A stretch of 64,000 nt of DNA from Peribolospora baueri (taxonomy: Eukaryota), in assembly GCA_029717555.1 (NCBI GenBank), contig JAMDHS010000036.1, positions 62,001-126,000 of the forward strand, written 5' to 3'. The notes under the pieces are model-generated. The model did not search any database and was not told the origin of the DNA. It saw nothing but the letters and a program-made list of their open reading frames with translations. Positions 11,781-25,200 of the stretch are shown in pieces (positions within the stretch are counted from its first letter, which is position 1; every line of letters begins with the position of its first letter). The position numbers and the translations under genes are program-made.

Positions 11781-13017
11781 ATGTCCTCTCGCTTCTCCTT
11801 CCCCTCGGCCGACCCTCACACCGCAGGCGTCCTACCAAAGCCTGCGCCACAGACGGCCGGCTACCCCCACCGTTTCTCCGCCGGCTCGTCTTACCAGGGC
11901 CACCATCCTGCCACTGCCTCTATCTCCCCTTCCTCCGGCGGCTACGTTTCCCATCCCTCCTGGCCTCCCTACCCCGACCAAGCAACTCCGTCAGCCCCCC
12001 CGCCCTCATCCATCTTTTCAGCCTATCGTCCAGACGTCGTCAGGCGTTCAAGCGCAGCTTTCTCCGTTTCGGCTCCTGGCACTAACATCTATGACAGGCA
12101 CCTGGGGAGGACACGGAACGCAGAGGTGTCCGCCAGCGCTTTGCAGTTCCTTTTTGCCGAGATGGTTAACTATACCCAGAATCGGGTTAGTGGGATCACG
12201 GATTTGGAGAGGAAGTGAGCGCTGCCCTTCCCTGTGCGCTGTCGCTCGCTGCACGTCTGCATGTCTCACTCTCTACGATCATCTCCACTCGCAACCCCCG
12301 CGTTCCAGACTCTCCCTCTTCGGCTACCACATTGGCCAACGAGTCCTTGCCATTGCTACCCACCGACAAGAGTCCTCGGCCAAGACGCCGAGAAGAGAGA
12401 CCAAGCTGTTGGCCGTCCTGCTCTTTGTTCACACGCAGGTTTGGAAGGCCGCTTTTGGCAAACCAGCGGACAGTCTAGAGAAGAGCACTGAGCAAGAAGA
12501 TGAATGTGAGTCCCGTGCTTTGCTTGTCGCCGTCGGATTGAATATGTCGGGGCCAGTGTGATCCTTGGAGATAGCTGGGAGTGCCGGCCTTTTCTTCTCT
12601 GTCCTTGGTATATCTAATCTTTTGGCGCTGACCCCTCGTGTCTGGGCTGCGTCTCGGTGCGAAACAGACATGATTTCCTACAACGTTCCCATTTTTTCCA
12701 AGTCCATCACTGTCCCACGCGACCTGAGCCAGCTCAGTACGGAAGCTATCACCGCCGGTATCGTCGAGGCTGCCTTGGACGGGCTTGGCTTCGTGAGTCT
12801 TTTGTTTCTTGACGTCCGGTTAGAACGACATAGCAAGGCAGCCGCGGTCGGAAAGCCTGGAGACATACTGGTTCGCTTTTCTTTCAACCTTCAGCCCGCT
12901 CGAGTGACGGCCCACTCGGTGCCGACGGACCAGTACCCGGCACGAACGACGATTCTCATTAAGCTTGATCCAAGCGTCATGGCACGGGAGTCCGCGCTAG
13001 ACGATGGCAAGGGCTAA
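11781..13017 (+). CDS. TRS31: TRAPP complex subunit Trs31/TRAPPC5, spliced
   Basis: EVSASALQFLFAEMVNYTQ, GYHIGQRVL, VHTQVWKAAFGKPADSLEKS, AGIVEAALDGLGFPARVTAH and RTTILIKLD. Confidence 0.95.
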
Positions 13018-13175
13018 ATTGACGGGCGCGTTTGTTGCTCAACTTCATTTGGAGGTTACTCCGTACGGAGGTTGAGGCGGAGGGATTGGATCGCGGGAGC
13101 ATGGACGTGTACGATACAGGAGGGAGCTGAGAAAGCGAAGACGACGTGAAACGTACGGAAAGATAACACGGCATG

Positions 13176-15489
13176 TTATGCCTCGATCCTCCTCCTCTTC
13201 TCTCCATCCCTCTCCTCGCGACTCGATTCCTCGTGCCGATCTCGACTTCGAGGCCTCGCTCGATACCTCTCCCGGCTCCTGCTCCTGTCCTCACGGCGCC
13301 TGTCCTTGTGCCAATCTCGACTCCGAGACCTCGGTCGATGTCTCTCCCGACTCCTGCTTCTGTCCTCACGACGCCTATCCTCGTACCGATCTCGACTCGG
13401 GCGCCTCGATCGATATCTCTCCCGGCTCCTGTCCCTCCCTCCGCCCCTCGGTGATCGATCCCTATCCCTTCCATCATATCGATTACGCTCACGACGTGGA
13501 CCCCTTGTCGGTGACCGACCGTGCTCATGACGACGTGCACCACTCAACCCATCCTCCTCGCGCAGTCGCTCCCTCGACCGGGGCCTCTCTCGCCTATCGG
13601 CCTTCGATCCCCACGTCCGCGGTTTGACGGCGGCGTTGTTCGCCCCCGTCGCAAACGCCTCCTGACTACCGCCAGTGCGGTTTTGGCTCGCTCCATCAGC
13701 GCCCTCCGCGAGGTGCGGACAGTCTTTCTTGAGATGGGGGCCCCCGCAATGGAAGCATCCTTGTCCACTTGCATTGGCAGACTGAGCACTGGTACCGACC
13801 ACACGGCCGAATCCTCCTTGTTGTCTTGATGTATCCTGGTCGGCGAGGTGGGTGTATTTGCTCCGACTAGCTTTGCCGAAGTTGCGCACCTGCATTGCCT
13901 TAGGGAGGACAGACATATCTTTGATAGTGCCTTCCGTTGCTTCTGTGTAATCATGCTTTTTGAGCACATCCAAATCCTGTTTGCGTAGGCAAATGTGATA
14001 GGGAAACCCGTCGAGATAAAGCGTAAATGGGATTGATCAGCTCATATACTTATAAGACGCAAAGGGAAGATGGATAAACAGGTGGCGACGCACCGAGTAG
14101 AAAGCACCCTTGTGGTAGTACTTCTGAAGGAACACCTGCTTTCCTTTCTGCTTGCTCTCTTTCGTCTCCTTCGCATGCTCCAAGTCCTCCTTAAGACGCT
14201 GATCCTCAGGCATCTCGCGTCGGCGTTCGATTTCTGCCCGTTCGACCGAGCGACTGGAGGAGGGGGTATAATAGAAAGGGAGATATCGCATAATCAGTTG
14301 ACTCAATCAGCAACTGAAACGTATTCTGTAGTGATATTGGTACGTACGCTCTCGCGGCCTCCTTGTCGCGCTTGATCCTGGTCAGCTCTCTTATTCGCCA
14401 CGCTTCAAATTCAGCCTTGTCGTCCAGACCATCCGTATCATCGACGTCAGGCACGTTTTCCTCTGCCTCCTCTACCGGACGTGAACAAGGCAAGCGTTGA
14501 AGGAAGGGGATCAGCGACAACAGCCGGCGGATCGATTCATGTCCCTCTGGATACTTACTCTCAGCAAGCTCTCGTTTGATCGTCTCGGCCGCAAGATGGT
14601 GGCTTTCTTTCTTGCGTTCCTCCGCGGCTGCCTTGCGCTTGCGTTCGGCCTCTTCAGTGGCAGCAGCTAGCCTTTCTCGCTCCAGCACTGTTTCACGATT
14701 TCGCCTGGGCAGGTGGCCAGTCGGCAACAGGAATCCAAGTTGACGTCAGTCCTCGCCTCATTGTCTCGCCGAGCTCTACTCTGGCATTTCTGAACAAGTG
14801 AAGAAACACAGGCAACTGACTTTGCCACGAAGACAGGCTTCAGCATAGGTTCTGGTTCTTCTTCCTCTGAGTCGGTCTCGTACTCGCTAGACTCCTGAGC
14901 AGATATTTAGCAGGAGGCGCCAAGCAGAAGAAGCCGAAGGTTAGTAAGAATCATTACTTTTTCGATACGCAAATTCAGTGAGGTTTACCTCTTCTTCCTC
15001 CTCCGATTCTGCTGCTGCCGGTTTTTGAAAATCAGGTATTGGAGGAGCTTCGTCGTCTTCCTCCTCCTCTAATCCGGGTAAAAATGAAATGCAAATATAA
15101 CAAAAAAACAACGTGAATACGTAAAGAATAACCACTCAAACTGCGGAGACGATGGCATTGCACTCACCTCCTTCCAACTCTGTCCGCCCCACTTCTTCCC
15201 TGCCACCTACTTTCACGCGCCCACCTTCCACCTTGACGTCCCTCAGTGCCACGTTTATCTTTCCAGGAGCTAATGGAGTCGATCCCTGTTGTATGACGAT
15301 CCCGGGCCCTTGCCGCATCTCCGTCAAGGCCACATCGCGCTCGAGCCTCTCGTCCCCTTGCTCGTCCGACTCGTACTCGTCTGGAGAGTCGGGCGCACGC
15401 TCCGCCCCCGCCGGGGCTTTCCCCTTGCGATAACGGGCGGCGGGGCGGGCCACACGTGGAGCGCGGGCGTTGGGGCGCGTGGAGGACAT
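13176..15489 (-). CDS. MFAP1: MFAP1 spliceosomal B-complex protein with a C-terminal zinc knuckle and RS/RD-rich tail
   Basis: ARYRKGKAP, KPVFV, DVDDTDGLD...EFEAWRIRELTRIKRD, FLQKYYHKGAFY and LPKAMQVRNFGKASRSKYTHLADQDT. Confidence 0.93.
13215..13432. repeat. Degenerate 75-bp tandem repeat (about 3 units) encoding 25-aa RS/RD repeats in the MFAP1 tail
   Basis: The motif ctctcccg(g/a)ctcctg recurs at 13267, 13342 and 13417, a 75-nt period. Confidence 0.9.
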
Positions 15490-15747
15490 TGATGGCGAGA
15501 CCCCAACCTGGGCGGCGAGGATGGTGGTGTTGGATGGAGTAAATGAACGCTGCGTTTGAGAGATCGAAGTCGATCGTGCATGCAGCCATAACACCGCGTG
15601 TATCCGGCCATCACCGCGCAATGCACCTAGCCAAGTGGGCGGCGATCACAAGGTAGCGAGCGGCTCTTCTTGAAGCAACAGCCTGCCGACGGATCAGTCA
15701 CGATAGACATACCGTCCTCTACGAGGACGTTCTGAGGCTGGTATGCC

Positions 15748-18700
15748 ATGCTCACCGACGACTCAAACAACGTTGCGCGGGCGGACTTGCGATTAGGAGG
15801 CGGCGGCGATGACGCTGATCTCGCGGAGGACGTCTCCTTCGACCAGGTGAGTGGGCGACTGTAGAAAGGAAAGGCGAGGGAGGCAAGAGAAGGGAGAGAG
15901 GGAGAGAAGCGAAGGTGGTCCTAAGCGTCGTCAGTATGACGCTAATCGATCAAAATGCTTCTGTTCTTCGCAGCGGCGAGTGCGACACATCACTGCCATT
16001 CTTGTTCGCAACCTCTCGCTCTCTCCAAACAAGGACCAAGCCGTCCGATCACTCCAATCCCATGTTTTTCCTTCGGTGTCCTCCTCATCCAACCAAGACG
16101 CCAGCGGAGCTACTGCAGCGGACGACACCGATTTGTACTACTCCACACACCGGAGACGACGACGGAACAGCTCTCTGTCGTCCATATCCACCGTCCACAC
16201 CTTTCGTAGCGCTCAGCACGGGACTCAGAAGGGTCAGAGTGGTCTGCAGGAGGAAGAGGATGAAGTCGCGAGCATGGGACGGACACTGTCGATGTCGAGT
16301 ACCAAGAGCAAGAGAAATTTGCAAGGCAAGGCTCAAGCCGATTCCTCGTCCATCCAGAGCTCCGGCTCGGGGTCGCGTTTCTCGTCATCTCGCCAGCAAC
16401 ACCAGACCGATTGGTTCTACTCGTCTTCGCCCGCTAGTTCGATCGCCGCGGGACTTTCAACGCCGGGACCTCATGTCGCGTTTCCCGCCTCCACTGCACT
16501 TTCCCTCTCCTATGGCACTTCGCCGTCCACTAGAGGTGGTAGCCTAGCGAGACGAAGACGACCGGACCCGAAGGCTGCACAGATCCATCAGCACAAGATG
16601 ACCTCCTCGACATATCGGTCTTGGGACGAGGTGATTAATGCAAGACTTGTCGACAGCTTTGTCACTCTCAGCCAACCGGCCCCGACTGCAGAGAGCGACG
16701 GGAGAGATCAAAATGCTGGAGGTGGTCGTCCGCCCTTTGGCTCCAAGCGCATTTGCCCATCCCTGGAGTCTTCTGCACGCAAAGCATGGTCTGCTTCATC
16801 TTCTCTCCGGCCACCTTCTTTTACTTCCTCTGCGACCTCCTCGCCACCCTTTTTCGTCTCTTCTCCCAAGACGGCGTCCATGAACCCTACTTTCGCCAAT
16901 TTCGACCCCACCATTGATTTTGCCGACTGGGCGGACTTGAACAGTGAGCGCGTGATCATCAGCGTCTGGGTTCGGACACGGGACGATCAAGACAAGAAAA
17001 AGGCGAAAGCCAACGGAAATGCTGATGGAAGCATGCCCGAGGGCAAGGGAAAGGAGAAGGCAGGCTATCGAGAGGCGGACGGCGTTTTGGAAGAGGACAG
17101 TGCGAAAAACTTTAGGCTACTGAAGGAGTGGGAGCTGGATTTGTCAAGATTGAAGAAAATTAATCAAGATGTGAGCGTTTCCCCTATAGATCCATGCGTC
17201 GAGTGACTGACCCTAACACTGGTTTTCGCAACTACGTTCATCTAGCTGGCTCGTCCGAACGAGCCCTTGCCCCCAAACACAATCTTGCTCGCTCTTTCCA
17301 CCAATGGCGACCCCTCATCCGCCGAGCTTTTTGCCGTTCCACAATCTCCGCCCCCTTCTAGGGCAGAGTCACCTGCTGGCGACGGCAACCTCTCTGATCC
17401 TGAGCCGGGTTCCAGCTCCAGTATGCGAAGCAGACGTGCGGCTGCGTTGGCGGCGAGTAGGAGGAGATGGAAGGAAGGGGAAGATGTCATAAAGAAGAGT
17501 GTGCGGGAGACCAAGATGATGAGGAGCTACGGCTTTGGAGATATCGTCAGGTGAGCCGGTGCAGTCTGATGTGGTGACGTGGGAATTCGGTTGAAGACAT
17601 AACCAACGACACCTGAAGCGACTGCTAACGTACTGGCTGCGGCATTATTGTAGATTGACGACCGTGCAGTCATGCATAGTTGATAACCAGAAGTCCATCC
17701 AGGCCGTCGTCGATAAGCTTGATCGCTTGGTCTCCTCGGCGGATTCACTGGCTAGGCTCGTGAGCATCTCCCCAATTGGGTTTTTCTCTCAGTCTGCGCT
17801 TGTACTCACGATGCTCTCCTCTCCCGCCATGATGGTTATTCAGAGTCGTGAGAAGAGCGAACGAGAAGGTCGATTGGCGCAGTTGCGTAACGATTGCGAG
17901 GAGACATCCAAAGAAAAGCAGGCTTGTGAGTGTTATCTTCCTTGAGGTTTTGGTTTTGCAGATGCTATAGCTAGGTTTCTATTTATGAATTCGCTTTTAT
18001 TTTCTATCTAGTGTCTTCCACGCTTGAAAGGAGGCGAAGAGCTCTGCGTCGGCGGCGGGAGCGCCTAGCCGCTGCGAAGGCAAGCACGGAGCAAGACATG
18101 GATGAGCTAGCGGCTGCTCGAGCTAACATCCAATCCCTAAAGCAAGTACCTACATTACATTTTCGTCCTTCGACGTTTTCGGGGCGCTGACTCTTTTCTT
18201 CCAATCTGGTGCGATTTCGCCTCACACATCCCCTGTCGCTTCAGATCCTCACGCGCAAGTGTCACAGTCTCCATCCAGGCGCGGCGCATTTCTCTGCTTC
18301 AAACACTGGAGTTCATCTTCCCTGTTGAGCCCGTCGACCCGTCCACATTGACCTTCAGTATCAACAACCATCCCTTACCCAACTCGGCCTTTGACCCAAA
18401 GAAGGACAACGACGACGTAGTCGCTAGCGCTCTCGGTTATGTCGCTCAGTTGGTCAACCTTCTTGCGGCGTATTTGTCTGTCAGGTTGCATTATCCTATC
18501 ACCGTTGCTGGGAGCCGGTCCGCAATCAAGGACCCTATCAGCCAGATGCATGGGCCTAGAGTGTGAGTGCACAGGGTCATTTTCAAGTTGCTGCTGGGCT
18601 TGACGAGAGACGCTGAAAGAGCACGAGTGCTGACCGATGTTGAATCACGTCTCATTTCTGCTGTCGTCCCAGGTTCCCGCTCTACTGGAAAAATGTGGAT

Positions 18701-19484
18701 AGATATCGTTTCGACTACGCTGTGTTCTTGCTGAACAAGGACGTGGAACAGGTGAGTCAGCTGATGAACGGACTTATTATTGAGGGTGTAAGTGCCTATT
18801 TAGGGACGTTCGCGGCCTTGTTTTTAACGGTCTGCGACATCTCGTTTTCGTCCCCGAACTCTCGTGTGCCATTAGCTAATGATGTCTCAAGAACTCATAG
18901 TTCTCGACGTTCGTCATACCTTGCCCAACCTCAAGAACCTCGTTGTCACAGTCACCTCGTCTACACCTTCTGTGTAAGTATCGTGTCTTGGTCGTGACTT
19001 TGAGATTTTATTCTGACATTTTGTCCTTTGCCGTTCCTCCTTTTTAATTTGTAGTGCTCTGAAATCACGTCCGCGGGCCCGGGAAGAAAGCACAGAAATC
19101 GCTCTGACCGCCACCTCCACCTCTGACGGCCGCGTCGCAGCCGGGACGTTGATTGCCCCGCAACCAAAGAGGCCGCTTCTTTCACCGGGTCGACTTTCGC
19201 CCATCCCCTCCACGCCTGTGCGTGCTGTCCTTGGGGGTTTCTTTGGCGGAGGGGAAGAGGAAGAAGGGGAGCACGCTGAAGAAACTGACGAACGGGAGGA
19301 AGAGGATGGAACTGGAGATGGGGGTCGAGCACAGGGTATGCCCGACCGTTCCGGCAGTCCAAGGCAGGAGCGGCTCCTTTCACGGCACGGTGCCAGCGCC
19401 AAAGTGGAAGCCGGCGTTACAGCGGGGGAGAAGCACATCGTGCCCAACGGGGCCGGTACCGGTACCGATACCGGAAAGTCGTGA
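15748..19484 (+). CDS. VPS38: UVRAG/Vps38, class III PI3-kinase complex II subunit, multi-exon
   Basis: QRRVRHITAILVRNL, PFFVS...MNPTF, a coiled coil, TLEFIFPVEP, ASALGYVAQLV..LAAYL..LHYPI..GSRS.IKDPIS, FPLY..VDRYRFDYAVFLLNKDVEQL and HTLPNLKNL. Confidence 0.9.
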
Positions 19485-20451
19485 CTTTTGTGTCCGTTTT
19501 GTTTTTACTTTGGTTTCGTCCCAGGAGTCGCAACTCTTGTGTATTTTGTAACCCCTTTCGTGTTTCGATGTCGTTCTATGTCAACCGAATACCCCTCACG
19601 CACCTTGGACTAGGCTGAGTGTGTTCAACGGAGAGCTCAGCTTCCAAGCGGGACTAGGAACGAGGTCGTGTTCGACGTCTTGCGGGGCCATTCGAAACCG
19701 GGCAGCTCGGTTCGTGTGGCCTTCATATATATACCCGACGCGGCCGAGAGTGGACCAAACGAATGGGGGTCACTCCGAAATTGATTGTCCTCACTCAGCA
19801 GAGTGATGTAGATCACGGATTGCAGTCCCAGGACGAGTCGACAGCCGTCAGCGTGAATAATAAGGCTCTCCAGGGCTGGACATATATTGCTGTATGTACG
19901 GTACAGTACATACCAAGGAACTGTGACGGCACAACAGCACTCCGTGGGTGCCCGCGAACGAGGGCCCTCCGTTCCAGCCATGACCCGACCTTCGTATCCT
20001 CGCACCCATGCATATCCCTCGTCTCGTACACCGTTTTCCACGGCCGCAACGCAGCCCCCTTGTGGTTTCCTCAATCGGATACAAGGAAGGACACAAGAGA
20101 GGAAAGATGGGGCAAAAATGGAAGGAAGGAAAGAAAGAACCAAGGGCCTGATTGGCTTCTAGGAAACTGGATCCAAGGCACGGTTGGAAGGCGAGCGAGA
20201 GCGACAGAAATAGCCATCTGTCCCTGTGGAGAAGAGGGCGAAAAAGAGGAGACCACTTCCCAGGCACTGCCGTTGTCCTTCAGGTACGCGAGAGCGCAGG
20301 ACATACGGCACAGTTCCGTACTCGAGGATTCCGCTTGCGTACTCTACGGCACGGCGGCTGGGTAGGACGAGAACGTAAGATGAACGTTCTAAGTGAAGCA
20401 AGCGGCGCGCGAGGCCTGGCCTGAACCTTGGGGGCCTGTCACGTCGCATTG

Positions 20452-21668
20452 TCACTCACTCCATACCTCGACCGTCCACTTCAGCCCCTCGTCACCCGAT
20501 GCAAATGCCTTCTGCCACTCTCTCGCAGGCAGTTTGAATTCCTCCGCGCTCGCCCTGACCTTGACGCGACGATGCGGCGCGTCGTCGGCGGTCACGATAC
20601 TCCCCCCTGGGCCGAACACGCCCTCCTCCCAGAGACGGACAAAGGTCCGTGCAGTGTGACAGAACATCTTCCGGCCGAGCTTGTCGTCCAACAGTCCCGG
20701 ATCAGAGGCGCCGATCTACTGGCCGAAGATGACGCTCGGCTTGTCGGCCGAGGCATCGAGAGAGACAAGAGAGCCGAGGCGGCGCGCGAGGTCGAGCTGG
20801 GCGGCTTGGTCGAATAGGTGGAATAAGCTTCCGGCGTAGAGGGCAGTGACTTTAGCGACAAGTCCTTTGGGGGAGACACTGAAGAGGTCGGGGGGAGAGG
20901 CTGAGACATGGAGGCGGCGTTTGAGGAGGATAGGGGTGGAAGGAAGGACTCGGAAAAAATGTCACCGATGATGAAGGTGATAGGACAGGAGGAGGGCGAG
21001 TCGCGGCAGAGGGCGTAACCGGTGTCGACAAGGCCTGCGCGGCGATGCCTAGTGAGGGTGGGACATGGCGGACATATGGTGGACGGTCAGAGGAAGCGCC
21101 ATGAACGAAGACAAGGAAAGCGACAACACTCATACAACACAATCCACGTTCTTAGTCACCTACCTTGTCTCAGCTCGACCGCAAACACCCTCTCTCCTTC
21201 CCAGCCGTCCATGACGAGCTTCCTCACGTCGACGCCGAAGCAGGTGCCCACGTCGAGGAAGATGCGGTCCTTTCGAAAACGCGGCGAATAGGGATTGGCC
21301 TGAGCGAGGGCAAGGGGATAGGAGCCACTGCGGTCCATGCGGAGGTCGAGGAAGTTGAACATGTCTTATAGATACGCGGGATGGGGTTCGGAGAAGGCGC
21401 GAGCTGTGGTCGGCCAATAGACGTGACCAAGAAGCGGGGCCACATGCTCGCAAGACTTACAAATACAAGGGTATGGGTATTCGGTCTCGTACGCGTGTCG
21501 ACTGACGCGGAGGATGTGTTCCCGGAGCTCGTCCTCGTCTCGTATCCCCGTCGCCCTCTGATAGAACTCGAGCGATGCAGGGTCCCCGCCGCGGGCGGGA
21601 CCGAGGTGGTAGTTCGAGGGGTCAAAGGGAAGTGCCCGGCGAGGGGGAGTGGGAAGCTCGGTAGTCAT
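20452..21668 (-). pseudogene. Fungal SAM-dependent methyltransferase (AusD-like family) with a frameshift and a premature stop
   Basis: Motifs YPYPCI, FLDVGTCFGVDVRKLVMDG, FIIGDIF, ALYAGSLFHLFD, VIFG and MFCH. The frame changes in or near the C-run at about 20890-20895, and an in-frame TAG at 20716-20718 reads IFGQ*IG. Confidence 0.75.
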
Positions 21669-22283
21669 GGCGGCGGAGGAGGGGGGCGTCGGATACAAAA
21701 CGAGGGAAGAGGCAAGTGAGTGTCGATCCGTTCGTTTGTTTGTTCGTTCGCCCAAGAAGAGGTGTGTGAGGCGATAAGATGCGCAGGTCAAGGCACTAAT
21801 TAAATTGCCTCTATGGACCGATGACGCGTGCCATACGTAAATAATTAAAATTACATAATCAGATTATAAAGCACCCTCCGCAGCAGCCTCGCACCCGCTG
21901 TCGCCGCAGCACTGGCACGACGCGTCGACCCAGTCGCGGACCTGCTCGATATGGTCAAGCGAAGACCGCGTCCACCATGCTCGCCGCGCGGGACGGTGGC
22001 ACCACAACGGGCGACAGCTCACCCCCTAGGTGCTGGCTGGCTATGTTTGCGTGGTGCGAACGGAGGATACTGTTTTGGATATCGCGTGATACTGACTGTG
22101 CTGGACGAGCACGGTGAGAAAGAAACATGTCTTTCTAGGAACCCCGCTAATCCTAACAAGATATGGCCTCCCGCCATCTCTGCTCGACTCCCACTCACAT
22201 CGCCCTTCAGTCATTGCTCTCATCTAGCATTCATCTTTCTGATAACCTCTCAGTGACCACCAATTCCATTTTCTGGGTGGTCC

Positions 22284-25200
22284 ATGTCCACTATTCAGCT
22301 CGACGTCGAAACCGCCAAGTCCGGCGCTGCCAGCTTCACGGATGCGCTCAAGAGCGGCAAGGAGGGCATCGTCGGTGGAACGGATGCCGTGGTTAGCTGT
22401 AGTAAAGATGGAGAGGTAAGGGAATTTGCAAGCCGCCTAGCTGGCAACAAAGCCGGTCGATAGGTTGGCAGCCCATGTGCCGTCCGACCTTCTCACCTCT
22501 CCTTCCCCTCCTCAACACAGGAGGCTCTCGTGCCGGGGACGCTCACTAGGGATGATGGCCTCCACAAGGTGACGCTGATGGACGCTAAGCATATCATTGA
22601 GGAGACCCTGCGCGCCCACAGGATAGATCCCAACTACCCTCAGCCTCTCCTGGAAAGGGCTGAGAATGCCCTCGCCGATCGTGAGCGCGCTTTCCTTCCC
22701 AATGTTCCAAGCGGTTGCGCCGTGACAAAGTACCATTCTTGACGTCTCGTCACCCGTGCAGTCGAGAACATGGGGAAGGAGGCTTTGCAGGCTATAGTCG
22801 AGGAGATCAAGCTCGAGGCAGCTCTCATGGACGACTCTCCTTACGTTGAGGTTCGCGCTGTTGTTCCGTGAGTTAACTGCCTTAGGCCGGGAAGAGATGA
22901 AGGGAAGGCTGACTGACCCTGACGACGATCATGAATGTTTCTTCGACCTCTACTTTTTCTTCATACGTTGCTAACGGCCTGCAGGAACACCGACGACCCG
23001 GAGATGTATGTCAACACCTTCCGTGCATGGTTCCTCGGCTTCATCTTTACCGTCATCGGCGCCTCGATCAATGTATTTTTCGCCCAGCGCCTCCCCACCA
23101 TTTCCCTTACCGCTGCGGCTACGCAAACTCTTGTGTACCCCTGCGCAAAGGCCATGGAGAAGGTCATCCCTAGGTCCAAGTTTTGGAACCCTGGACCGTT
23201 CGCTATGAAGGAGTACATCCTCTTGACCATCATGGTGAGCCGCGGTCCTCTCAACTCTGCTTACGAGCCCTTTTGACCCACACTCCCGTTCGTGTCCCCT
23301 TCTTCACTCCAGGTCAACGTCTCTTTCTCCCAAATTTACTCGTCGGTAAGCATTACCTTCTCTGCCTGGTCGTCGCCGGGAAACATCACGATGACACCAT
23401 ATTCCCTGCCACCGTCATTATAGGATATCATCGGCGTCCTTCGCTCCCCTCACTTCTATGGGAACCCAGGTCTCGGCGCCAACCCGGGCTTCCAGCTTCT
23501 CACCACGCTGTCGTCTGAAACCATCGGCTTCTCTCTCGCCGGCCTCGCTAGACCGTTCCTTGTCTACCCCGCCGCTCTCATGTGGCCTTCCAAGTGGGTT
23601 TTCGGCTTCTTTTTCTCCTTTGATCGTCGAGCTTCGCCTTACATCCTGATTTATTCTCAAATCCATATCACTCAGTCTCGCCCAGATGGCTCTCAACCAA
23701 GCCCTGCTTAGCGAGGAAAACCCGCCAGCCAAGCTTTTCAACCGCGTCTGGACCATCTCCAAGTTCAAGCTTTTCTGGATCGTCTTTTTCGTCTACGGGC
23801 TCTACTGGGTGTTCCCTCAAGTCTTGTTCCAGGCGTTGGGAACGTTCAACTGTGAGATGCGGTTCGGCTCTTTTTTTCTGCTGCTGGGTATTGAACTTTG
23901 GCGGAGCGAGAGACGTGTCTCACGTTCATTCATTCACGTCGCCATCATTCTTGGCTTCCGCGCGATGCAGGGATGACCTGGATCGCCCCGAACAACGTCA
24001 CGTTGGCTCTCATCACCGGCTCTATTGGGGGCATCGGCTTGAATCCTCTCCAGACGTGAGCGTCATCGTCTCCCGATCATGTGCCTTTTCCGGCCCTTGG
24101 ATCCAACGGGGATGTCATACATATGACAGCTACTTACATTCTAGGACTCGCTATCGGCATCCTCCCGTCGCCTGTACGACAGCTTCGACTACTCCACCTT
24201 TGCCGTTTATGCCCTCCCGCTTGTCACCCCGGCCTGGGCTTCTTACAACCTCATACTCGCCATGGTCGTTATCGGTTGTACCGTCATCCCTGGCATTTTC
24301 TTCTCCAACACTTACAACACGGCTTATCTTCCCATCAACTCCAATGGTATCTTGTGAGTTTCCTCGCGCCCCTTCGCTCCGTTCATAGTGGAAAGGCTGT
24401 TGACCCCGCGATGAGCGTCCTTTTATTGTGTGACCCGAATGAAAACGGCAGCGACAATACCGCCAAGCCGTACAACATCTCGCGGATCCTGACTCCCAAG
24501 TTTGAGCTGGATGTCGACGCATACGAGAATTACTCTGGCGTGTAAGTAGTTGCGAGGAGCGGCTCGTAGCCCTTCGATTGGTCTGCGAGACTAGCGACGT
24601 TGCCTTTGTACACTGAGCTGAGGTGGTGTTGTGGGTTCGTCCTACTTTGTTCGTCCTTCATATCAGCTATTATACTGCAGGTGAGCTATCGTTCTGTAGC
24701 AGCGCCTGACAAAACCTTTGTGCTGGGCGGAAGAATGCTTAACACAGGGCATGTTGACTTTCCCGTCTCGTCACAGGCAACATCACGGTCTATTCCTGTG
24801 AACATCACTAGTCCTACCATCTTTTTTTTCTCAAACCCCGGGGTACTCCTCACTGACCTTGCACGTTCTTTGCGCTTGACAGTCTTCTTTGCCTTCTACA
24901 CCGCTTCGCTTGTGCACGTGGGTCTCCATCACAACAAGGAGCTCGAGGTTGCGTTCAAGGCTCTGTGGAACGGGGGTGGAGGTCTTGAGGCGCACAGTGA
25001 CGTGCACTGCCGACTTATGGTGAGTGTAGACACAATGGTCTTTCTTGTTTGAAGCGTCCTTGGGTTACTCTCTGACGTACCGGCCCTGTTCACGCCACGT
25101 CTTCGGACGGGACAGCGCGCATACAAAGAGGTACCGCACTGGATGTACATGATCGTCCTGGGAGTCGCTTTGAGCTTTGCCATCGTCGCCATTGAGGTCT

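Noticed and set aside
13215..13432. CRISPR-like periodic repeat
   Set aside because: It is a degenerate in-frame coding repeat with no unique spacers, in a eukaryotic gene, with no cas genes.
19763..20365. 200-aa ORF after a TATATATA tract
   Set aside because: No recognisable motif, coding-like composition or convincing splice structure.
20716..20718. Amber codon as an A-to-I editing or readthrough site
   Set aside because: The same gene also has a frameshift, and Trp is not what I expect at this position in the family. Simple decay is more parsimonious.
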